From positions 15,562,001 through 15,626,000 of the forward strand of contig CM022665.1 of the NCBI GenBank assembly GCA_012295275.1: a stretch of DNA of 64,000 nt. The letters run 5' to 3'. Positions 45,801-57,557 of the stretch are shown one piece after another (the first letter of the stretch is position 1; each line of letters opens with the position of its first letter). Origin of the DNA: Chrysomallon squamiferum (Eukaryota; Animalia; Mollusca). Below the pieces are notes generated by a model. That model was given only the letters and a program-made list of their open reading frames with translations, was not told the origin of the DNA and did no database searches. A program made the position numbers and the translations under genes.

Positions 45801-48800
45801 TTTACAGGATCAACATATTTATCTGTGTTTGATTAAATGGCTAAAAGCATTAAAACAGATGAATGTTTGCTTCATTCAACAGCTAAATGAATATATTTAA
45901 ATTACAAGTAAATGAATACATTTAAATTACAAGTAAAAGGATTTATTAACAATTTATGTCCCTCTTTGTCCAATGGAGAAAGAGAAGATGTGAGTGTGTG
46001 GGGTTTTTTGTGTCTTACCAGTCATTATTACAATTCTGAAATTTGTTGACACCATTATAGTGAAAAGAAATACAATAATAATAATAATAAAATATATTGT
46101 TAAATAAACAACTTGGACATCAAGGTTGTTTTTTTTAACGTTAAGTAAAACTTCTAAAAAAAACTGAACAATTTCCAGTCCAGTGATTAATTCATCTTAA
46201 CACTAAAAGTACAACCTCAGTAAAATGAACACACCTTCAAACTTAATGTTTTATGTGATCCAAACACAGTTCAGTTTCAAGAAGTGTCACTGTGCTTAAT
46301 AAAATGGATATCTGCAGGGGACAGTTAATGACTAAAAACAGCATTAATCATAATTTAATTTTTTTTTTTTTTGAATCTTGAGGTATTAATTTTTGACTGC
46401 CAGTGACTGAAAGTGCTTGTTGTTTAGTTTTTAACATTTCACAAGTATTTTAATAAAAATACATACAGCTGTTATCACTCATTAAACAGCTTGTAATTAT
46501 GACAACATGTTTTTCAACAGTTAACACCTAATCGACAACTGATTTAGTTAGTCATCGACCATTAATACTATGGGGTTTTTTGTGTAAGGTTTTTCACAAC
46601 ACACAAATATGATGCATGCAACATAACTTATATTTATGACATTAATGACTGCTTCAATACAATTAACACATTTTATTTGTATATTGTTATTTACTATAGA
46701 TAAGTCACATTAGTGTTGTTCTTTTTATTTATTGATCTGTTTTTTTAATCATACCACTGATTTTCTTATTTTAAGAGCTGTATTTATTGTTGTTCAAAAA
46801 CAGAATGTACAGAATAACATTTTTTTTTAAATTCACACATTTTTCAAGTAAATACATTTATATTAAACAAAAATTGTACTACATTTCCTTAATATATCTA
46901 ATAATATTCAATATGTTTTATCCTAGTAGAAAGCTTAATGTTCATGTTATAACTGTGAATATGACAAAAATATATGTATGTGTGTGTGTGTGTGTATGTA
47001 CCAGCCTCGTACAGACACCATCGAGGCCAAGCAAAAACATCCTCATATTTCAGGTGTCCTCTCATCAGTGGTACAAAAAATATAGTCAATTTTTGAGAAC
47101 ATATTTACTATCTTTATTGACATCAGTCACACCTGTACCCACAACAAACATAAATCATTGTGGCCTGGCATTGTCATAGCAAGCATCACAGCTTTCTCCT
47201 AAAATAAAGTTGTAAACATATCGAGTTCATTTGCCAGATGTACCATCTTTTTTACCTCAAAAGTACTGCTAAGACAAGTTTATTAAACAAGTATGCATGG
47301 AATGATTCTGAATGTCTGAATTAGCATAATTATGTACCAAATGGTTTGAAATTGCATGGTTTGGCGGGCAAGAATTTGGCAGGCTCTTATGATTCGACAA
47401 AAATAACATTCCCTGCATGCACTGTGCAATGCAGGAAATGGGAAACACCATCTATAAAAATATCATATAAACTTGCCATACAATAAAATGGGATAAATGA
47501 AGCATTTTCAAAATAAATTGCTTTTTTTCTTGTTTTGTTTTTGATAAGATGTAAAAAAAAAAAAAAATGTAAATTAAAAATTCTATCATTATGTTAAAAT
47601 CTATGTTCATTGTTTGACTGACAATTATATCAAGTGTGTCAAATTAGTAATTCTTCATAAGCAAATAAACTACTATCATGTCAAATATACTGTCAAATAA
47701 ATGGATTTTTTTAATCCTTTGTTGTTGTTACTATTGTCCTTATGGTTTTTAATTGGGTTCTGAAGAGAGGTTAGGGATAGGGACTGTGGCAATTGAAGTG
47801 GATTGTGATTTATCTCTTAAGAATCATAGCATTTCAAATAATCTGCAGTACAAAATAGTTTGAAATCATGGTATATCCAAGAAATCTTAATAAATGATGA
47901 GTGCATCTGCTATAACAATAACATGAAACCAGATCAATTTCATTTTATTGACATGTGTTAATCCAAGTGGTTAATTCATTTATATGGATTCTGGCACTTG
48001 TAAATAATAACCAGCATATACTATATTGTTTTATGTTGACATATTGAATTTCATATGGTGTAATGAGACACAGGGCTATCTAGATGTTTGTCCCTAGCAG
48101 TGTTTATGACATGATGTGTGAACTGAAACCAAACTATTCTTTACAGAATTTTGACATCAAAATTTAGATGACATTTGTCTAGATAACTATGAATACAAAA
48201 AAAATGACAATGCACTGAATTCTTAACAAAAGAAAATATACATAAAATATTTCCATCAAAGTCTTTACTGACAATGATTTTAATAATAAACTTTATTATT
48301 ATTGTTGTTGTTGTTGTTTTTTAATTGGTTCCTATATACAGTTTTGTTTCCATGTCAAATTTAGACCAATGTATACAAATTTTCTGCTGTAAGTTTTCCC
48401 CACTGTTGTTCAATTAGATGTATTAGTTGTTGTAAATTAGGTAAATATACATGTATGTTGATATTCAACCACAGAAAACTTTCTGTTAAGCCAATTTTTA
48501 TTTTTATTTTTTTTATTTTTTATTTTTTAAATCAGAAAAAATAAATAAATAGATGCATTATTATGATTATATGCAGCCTACAATTTTACCAACAGAAATT
48601 TTATCTGGTACAAAGTGCTGAAATGTTTTTTGCAATTTTTTCCTTCTTCTGTTTTAACAAAAATAAACTAATAATTCAGGTACAAAACAGCTAATAAATG
48701 ATTATATGGCTGCAGCGTCCTGTCTCTGTGACTGTTAAATGCAAAGAAAGTCTGAAAGCCGTTTCTGAAATGTTAAAAACTTTTTAAAAAGGTGTATTAA

Positions 48801-49081
48801 CGAGTATGAAACGGTTTTAGAAATGGCTGAAAGAAACAGATAATCCACAAAGATTAAAACAAACAGTAATTGCCAAAAACACATAATTGACTCGTAATTT
48901 AAAACACAATGTAATTATTTGCTCATCGTGAAAATTTTGACATTTCATGCAAAAATGGCAGATTTTGGCACTGCCATATTGAATTATGGTGTACGAACCT
49001 TCCATAGATACCGTCTGAGATTTTGCACTTTTTCATGGGTCTACGTGGTTTACCGCAATCAACATTTCGCGGCTTCTTCAT
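33820..49081 (-). CDS. MACO1: Macoilin (TMEM57), ER membrane protein with coiled coil, 12 exons, ~625 aa
   Basis: Exons 48999-49081, 40297-40438, 39489-39615, 38965-39094, 38316-38382, 37849-37945, 36890-37265, 36241-36399, 35651-35833, 35150-35270 (GC donor), 34588-34762, 33820-34037. Diagnostic peptides include GIYGSTFLYLKFLLVWALVLMADFILEFRFEYLWPFWL, AASTYVWVQYVWHTERGICLPTVSLW, DLCRPFAAHCIGYPVVTLGFGFKSY and AMQDKNTELENSLTAET. Intron 1 is ~8.5 kb. Confidence 0.95.
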
Positions 49082-49505
49082 AGTGTTCAGCGTGAAGATT
49101 CATTAATCGTGGGTTAAAGATCTTTTGTCTAATTTGATACTGCCTAATTATTATGACAATCCTGGAAGTACTTCCACAGCACTATGCCCTTGCACATGCG
49201 CCCTGGGTCATCACCGTCGGTAATTTCCGCTCTCCGACACTGATAATTTATCTCTCGTAATAATAAATTTTAATAATTTTAATTTTTGAATTTGAAAACA
49301 TCTAAATATTAGCTCAATTTTTATGAAACAAAATGTTTTATTATTAATTATTCATTTTGTAATAAGATAGACATTTGGGTTTTTTATAAGATTATATTTA
49401 CTAAAAACGTATTATCAATTGAATTCCAAACGATGTCGTTAATCTTAAAATCGAAATTTAGAATTTATACGTAATTTTGAAAGAAAAGGCATTCATTTTG
49501 TGAAG

Positions 49506-49536
<31 letters not shown>

Positions 49537-50132
49537 AGAGCAAGTGATACGTGATTACAGTTATAATTACTAAAATAAAAAAAAATAAAAAAATTATGAC
49601 TAATACATATAGACTTCATTGTTTTTATTTTTGTTCTTCTTCTTCTTTATTATCATCTTATTATTATTATTAGTAGTAGTAGTAGTAGTAGCAGCAGCAG
49701 TAGTAGTAGTAGTAGTAGTAGTATCATTATTCAGTACTATTCAGTATGTATAAGAGACATGAATAAGAAAAACGTTGTAACAAATATAATAATAATAAAC
49801 CTGATAACTTATCCTAATTTTTTATATAGAAAACATTTCGTCTAAATCAAATATGTAATGTATTATAATTCTAAATCATTATTTTATCAAAACAAAACAG
49901 TTATGCAAGGTTGTTGACTGAAATGCTTTGTTTACTGATAATTAGACAAGTAGCTCTAATAGATGTTCATATCCAATTTTTTTTCTGATATTAACTGAAA
50001 TTATTTTTATTAGTAGTAGTAGTAGTAGTAGGATATATTAACTTTTTTTTCTTTTTTTTTTTTTTTTTTGAAGATCAGTTGCTTAGAAAATACTACTAAG
50101 CACCCAACAGCCACACTCATTTTGGAAACATC
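49082..50132. promoter_or_regulatory. Divergent (head-to-head) promoter region of macoilin and CCT8
   Basis: The start codons are ~1.05 kb apart on opposite strands, with local CpG enrichment. A palindromic double ETS core GGAAGTACTTCC lies at 49164-49175 and an NRF1-like TGCACATGCGC at 49191-49201. Confidence 0.6.
49660..49722. repeat. Compound (TTA)/(TAG)/(CAG) microsatellite in the macoilin-CCT8 intergenic region
   Basis: Direct reading. Confidence 0.9.
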
Positions 50133-53100
50133 ATGGCGATGCACGTACCGATGGCACCGGGCTTTGCCCAAATGCTTAAAGAAGGAGCAAGGGTAAGATA
50201 ATTGATAATGATAAGTAATAGGTCATGTGCGTTAGGGAACAATAATATATGGTTAATTCCTTAATATGCCATTTCACAACAAATATAATTGTTAGGGTTG
50301 TATTTATGTAACCATGTGACTTTTGTGAAGCAGAAACGCTATACTCCGTACAATGCTGATTGGCTGAAACGACTTAGCACTTACGCATGGGGAATGTCGT
50401 TGCGGGGAGATTGTGCTTCTAGTACATTCTTTTATCTTGATCCTGGCATTTTATATTATTTTAAGTGTTTGAGAAAGTTCAGTGCAGTTTAATAAAAGAA
50501 AGTTAGTGTAACAATACAATTATGAATAGAATACAAAGTAAAAAGTTCTATTCGTTGCTGGACAAAATCTATTAGAACTGAACTATAGAAGGATAATGAA
50601 TTTTTTTTTTTTTTTTTTTTTTAAAAGCAAGAAAAAAAAGCTGTAATCTAGTCATGCTTTGTAATCTGTAGTCGCTATTAACTGAAATGTTCAAGAGAGA
50701 AATGTTTAAAAGCATTAATAATAATAATAATAAATGAAACAGAAATGAGAAAAAAAAAAAAGGCACAAAGACAAAAGGTGAAAAGTCCTCGTGACACTAG
50801 TTGATGAGCAACAGAATTCTGTGAATGATGGAAAATCTAAATTCTACTAATAGTAGATGTAACCAAAATGTTCTTTGCTTAACTTGTATGTTTTGTTCAT
50901 ACAACACGTAGAATGTTGTATCTAATTCTGTTATAACTTGTGAAAAATGCAGAATTTGATTAGCTAGCCAATGATTATGGAGGTAAAATTAATTTTTATG
51001 AAAATGCAAATAATGTTAATTGTATCCATTTTAAAACTGTGTATTTCATAAATGACATTGAAATATTCCCTTCAAGTTATCAGTTGTCTTATCTGTGAAA
51101 ATTTAAAGCTGTTAGTTTCATAACAACCATACTCTTTGTAACTGTTCAGTATGAGGATGTAGAAGGGTTATGCGTAAGTTACATCCCTTAAGATTTAAAC
51201 TGAAAATAATCGTTGCTTGTGTACTTTTTAAATAGTATAAAAGTGAGCAGATGCAGGTTATAAGCTGTTGTCAGGAAGATTGGTTCACTAAAAATAATAA
51301 AATATATGAATAATTTTAAATTATTTTCTCTGTGCAGCATCATAATTTTAAAATTTAGAAATACGTCATACCAGTCCTTGCTACATGAATGAATCATAAA
51401 CACTCCTTGTCAACAGCCAAAGTGGCCAGAGGTATTCAAAGCAAGTAAAATTATTTTTAAATGAATTGTTTCAGCATTACAGTGGATTGGAAGAAGCAGT
51501 TTATAGGAACATCAGTGCATGCAGTGAACTGGCTAAAACAACAAGAACTGCATATGGCCCACATGGCAAGTTTTTAATATTAACACAATAATAGGCACAG
51601 AAATTTCTAAGTACCAAAATAAAACTATAATATTGATCTTTGTTTTCATTAATATCAAAAATATTATCTTTTGATACGAAACTGCTGTGAATAGTTTGAT
51701 ACAAAATAATATAAATAACATTTCAAAAGTATATTTGTAATATTCATAAGAAGCAATCCATTTCATATTATTATGCTTCTAAAACATTACGGTCCTGATT
51801 CTTCAGTTACGTTTTATCTACAGCATACATTTTAAAATTATTATTTTATGATTTTAAGTACATGTTTAATATATGTACGACTTTAGGATTGATTACTCTG
51901 TGAGGGGGAAGATTTTAACAGTGATTGAAATAAATGATTCTGATATTCATCAATAATTAATTAATTTCCTTCATTATAAATTTAAAGGTCAAAACAAAAT
52001 GGTTATCAATCACTTAGAAAAGTTGTTTGTCACCAATGATGCTGCGACTATTCTCCGTGAGCTTGAGGTTCAGCATCCAGCTGCCAAGATGCTCGTCATG
52101 GCAACTCAGCAACAGGAACAGGAGTGTGGAGATGGAACAAACTTTGTTCTCATTCTTTCTGGAGCTCTGCTTGAAAATGCAGAAGAGCTGTTAAGAATGG
52201 TAAGATTTTATTTTAAAAAAATGTTTATTTTACATTTCTAGTGAGGATTTGAGGAGGGCAGGGTGCTGACATATTATTAGGTTACTTCTTCAGGAATATT
52301 TTCTTTATCAAGGTGGTACTTTATATACCATAACTGAAATGAAAACAATAAAAAAAAAAAACTTCGCCTTTATAAATGTTGTACTTGGTGTTCACACACA
52401 CACAAATTATGCAATTTAAAACACTATAAAAACAAGTGTATTTTGTATTACCTTTGGCATTGAAAATATACAAAGTTTCCTGTCAACCTTCTTACACAAT
52501 TAATTTGTCACCAAACAACTTCAAAGTTAAATTACAGTGAAAAGCTAAAAGTAAGATAGCAAGTCCCGACTTCACTGAAATTTGGAATTCGTCATTTTAG
52601 TGCCATCTTTTATGTCCAGTTGTGCAAGGCTTTGCTTGAGACTCCATGTTCTCTCACTTTATCCTTTGTGTAGCCATGTTTTAATCAGCTGAATTTCATT
52701 TAGAATATAAGCCACAATATATGGTTTCATGGGTTGTTCTTTCAAGAATATGAATTTTACATGACAGCCATGGTCTCCCTTTATCCCCATGAAATGTCAT
52801 TTAATTTTTATATTTATTAGACTATACAAGTATGTTCAAGGGTGCTTTACAGTGTGAAATAATAAAATGAGTAGACATCAACATAAATACATTAAAATTA
52901 ATGTAAACTTAACGGTAAAAATGGTAAAATGGGATTAGAAATAATTCAGTGGTATTTAAAAATTGTTTAAAATAATTAATATACTAGCTTGAGTATTTTA
53001 AAATTGGAGAAACAAAATGTAACTGGATTTGTGAGTTGATTTGAAAGCAATGGATCTTGATAATGTTTTAAATGTAGCTGTTATTTCAACCTCCCAGATG

Positions 53101-56100
53101 TTACTTAGGAGTAAATTCCACAAACTCAGTGCAGCATAATTAAAACATTTCTGACCATATACAGTTGTTCTTATTCTTTGTGTTATTGATCTTAATGAAT
53201 TCTATAAATATAGTCTTTCTTGGCCTGTACACATCCAGTGGAGTTCCTTTAGTACTGATAATATGTGACTGTTGTATGATGTCCTGGTCCCAGTGTGTGC
53301 TCATGTATTCTTGACTTTTTGTATTTGTTGAGCAAGGCATTAGGCAGATCATGTAGTAATCCATTGCAATAGTCTAATACTATGTCAAGTTCATTCACCA
53401 GTGTTTTTGTGGCAACTCCGGTCAGATACTGCCTTTATACTGATCTTCCATAGCTGGACTGACATATTACATTCACTTGTTGCTCCATAGTTACATTAGA
53501 ATCCAACATAATGCTGTAGCACATTTGTTTGATCAGTGGTGCAGCTGTTCTTTTTTAAAGACTTCAGATTGATTAATAATAGTTCTGTTTTCATGCAAAG
53601 GACCCAGCCGTGTGTATTTTAAGTAAGGTATGTATGGATGTGTATAATGTGTTTATTGCTGTTTCATATATTGGTACTTTGCATATGCACATGTTTGCAT
53701 ATTTGTCTAATTCAAGTTGTCTTCTATTTAGTTTACCAAACATACAAGAGTATGTTTCTTGCAATATGAAACCTGTCATTATTTTTATTTCTTTATTCCT
53801 TTTGTTTATTAGGGTCTGTCTGTCACTGAGGTCATTGAAGGATATGAAATGGCTGGCAAGAAATCACTGGATATTTTACCAAGTAAGTCAGTTTGCATAA
53901 GTACCTGTAACTGTTAGTTTGCTAATTTTAAAAGTTATGATTCTGATTTGAGTTAAAAGCATTGAATTTATTTTTAATAATAAAATTTTATGCATCTAAA
54001 CTGTCTTTTGAAAATGCAGCATAACAATTAAAGCTGTAATTTTTAAGAACAGATTGTATCACATATGAGTAAAGCAACACTAGATACTTATATTTTTTAA
54101 AAAATTACAAATTATTTTTATACATCTGAAGAAATGATGGAAGTGTGATATAAACTTTTTATGTTTTTTTTTATTTAATTTAATATTAATAATTTTAATA
54201 TTACTTCCACCCAGTAACTGATATGCTTTTCATGCCAGGGTGTCATTAATGTATCTATATTCATTCATATGATATTTCCATTATAGGATATGTATTTTGT
54301 AACTGTCATTTTGATTCAGACTGTTGCAAATAACTAAATACAAAATAAATTACTATCCGATTTTTAATACTAAACTTTTTCTAATTTTATTCTTTTCTAT
54401 GTATTTATTTATTTTTTCTTTATTTTTTCTTTTCTAGATTTGGTTATTGGTGAACTGAAAAATTTGCGTAGCAAAAGTGAAGTAACAAAAACTATAAAGA
54501 CGGCCATCATGAGCAAGCAGTATGGAAATGAAGACTTTCTAGCTGGTCTTATAGCTGATGCTTGTAGTAAGTAAACTTAATTTATTTCAGATCATAATAA
54601 AAAGCTACTTTGATGGTGAAAATCAACGACTGAAAATTTGTATTTCAATGTTTTTAATCCATAAGCAGTTACTCTTTTACCAGTTTTACTTAGTTGGAAC
54701 CAAAATGGATAAACATTATTTTCAGATGTCATATAACATTTTTCTTTTTCTTTTTCTTTTATTTCTTTATTATTTAATTTTTCAACTTTTTTCAATTAAC
54801 CTTTGATCTCATAAAGATGAAGTTACCAGGATATTTTTGGTTTAATTCAAACATTTGTTTATGAATAATATATTGAAATACATAACAACAGTAATTTAAA
54901 AAACAAAAACACAATCTTTTTTTTTTTTTAATATTTGTGATCATTGTAGTTTTCTTGCAGTTTTATTAGACATGTTTAGAATTGTGACAATATATTATTT
55001 TAGTTCAAACAAATGTATACAAATATTGCTTTGAGATGTGTCACATAACACCATTCCTGTTTTTTTGCAGTTTCAATTTTACCTCAGAAAGCAGCATTTA
55101 ATGTAGACAACATTAGAGTGAGCAAAATACTAGTAAGTATCTATGTGTATGAAGAAATAATGAACAAACCAAAAACAAATGTTGCAAATTTTAACCATGC
55201 ATTTAATAAGGATTTCAGCTTGTATATGGTAATACAGTCTAGACTATTAAATAAAAACACTTTTGGAAAATATTAATTAAAAGTGGAGATGGTTCAGATT
55301 TCTAACTTTTTACTTAAAATAAAAAACAAAAAATGAAAAATAAAGAATGAAACTGTATTTAACAGATACATATTAATGCACTTCTAAACCAAGATCTGTT
55401 TGATTTTTATTAACACACTTAAATATCTAAAAAATACCTGTATAGAATATATTTTTCACTAGCAAGTTGTGTTTCTTCTAGAATTTTGGACATAATTTAT
55501 TGTGAGAATCACTTACACACAGCCACCCTCGCACTTGAATTGGTGCCATGTAATCTAAAACAAAGAGTGCCTAATTCAAAAGCAGCTAGTTTCAAAAATA
55601 GCCATTTTTCGGGATTTTTCAGATTTCTGGAAGCCAGATAAATTGTTTAATACCTAATAATTATAGTGTAGTTGCCTTAGTCCCATATGGTAGAATCCCA
55701 TTTCATAGAAAGGCTAAATGTGGTTCAGTGGTCTTATTGACATGTTTGGTTTTACCTCAGTCATTTTAATGAACTGCTCCAGATTATTTGGAAAGCGATT
55801 ATTATTGTATAAATACAGTAACATCTCGCTTAACGATACCACGCTTTAACAATCTTTCTTCTTTACAAGTTATATAAATAGAAATTTAATTTAATAGTTA
55901 ATTGCTCGAAATAAATGATACAAATGTATACAGTGCATGTTTTTAAGTCCTTTTTCTTTAATTTTTCGTTCATTCACGAGCTTCTCTCAGTTGTGTTGAT
56001 CAGTTGACACGTCATATGTGCATCTGATATTCTGATTCTCTTTTGTCTTCTGCTTCGATTTAGACTTGTTTTGAATTTACCCCTCCAATATATCAAAACG

Positions 56101-57525
56101 AATAACAGTATACCGGCAAATGCTGATGATAAAAGAAACGGAAGATAATAACTTTAGAAACAAAATACATTATCTTAAATGAAACCAAAACCCACAATGA
56201 GCGGCATATACTTATTTCTTAATGTATTTGTATAAATTGATTTGTAAATGATTTACTGTTTATTTAATATCTACAATCTATTAAATCATTTATGTCTAAA
56301 CAACCGTTTTATTTCTCCTTATTTCACCTTTTTTTTTTTTATGTCAGATCTCATCAGCGAGAAAGTAACCACTGCTTTTAACCTTAATTCTATGTAAATT
56401 AGTCTCCCGCTTACCTCACTTAATTATTGGAAGTTTTGGAACCAATTACATCTTTAATCTGAGGTATTATTGTAGTATGGATATTGCTTATCGCATAAAG
56501 TATGCAAATATGACAAATATCGAAATAATCTATGTATCGAATATAGTGAATATAGTGAATAAGAAGAATAAGAAGAATAACAATAATAATAATAACAACA
56601 ATAATAATAGTAATAATATTATAATAATAATAATAATGTTGATGATGATAATTATGATGATGATAATGAGAAGGAGGAAGATGATGAAATAATGAAAAAG
56701 TAACAAATCAACAACAAATGAGTTGTGAATGCTTATTCTGCTTTCGGTTGATGTTACATAATCAATTTAGGAACAATGCGCTCCCCTTCTGAATGTTACA
56801 AAGAAACCAGATGTATGCACAGGCCAAGTTCATTATATACAGAGGTAATCAGGTATTGCGGTAAACCAAGTTTTTCTACGAAATGGGAATTATATGAACT
56901 GGGAATCTACCAAATGGGAAGACACTGTAGTTTACTAATAACATTGAAAGATTTTTATGTCAAAAATGTCTACTTGTTTTTTAATACAATGTTTAATGTA
57001 ACTTTCTGTTGGTAAAGAAATCCTGGAATAAAATAATTGCATTATATTTGTATGTACAGTGTCTCTATTTTCATAGGATACTTGTTTTCTGCAAGGAATT
57101 TATGGCTTCTTTGTTACTTTTTTTTTTCAAACAGGGTTCAGGTGTTTTACAGAGCTCAATAGTTCAAGGGATGGTGTTCAAACGACTAGTCGAAGGTGAT
57201 GTCACAAAAGCAGAGAAAGCCAAGATTGCTGTATACTCCTGTCCTTTAGATGCAATGCAGACAGAAACTAAGGTACTTTAATGTCATTAAAATTGGACTA
57301 AAGTCATACTGTGTAAGAAGACTTGGTGATATTTAATAATGATACTTGATCATTAAGAATAAAACACGCAGGAAATGTTTTTTTTAGGATCAGTGAACAA
57401 GTTATTATTACTGACATTTCTGAATGTACTTTAAAATAATTTTTAATTGGACTTATTTCTCTGTATTTATTTTTGGTCATTAACTTTAATAATTTAGATC
57501 CCAAAGAGATGACAGTAAAGTGTAA

Positions 57526-57557
<32 letters not shown>

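Noticed and set aside
52128-52142. GDGTN instead of the chaperonin GDGTT motif
   Set aside because: This is normal for CCT8 orthologues.
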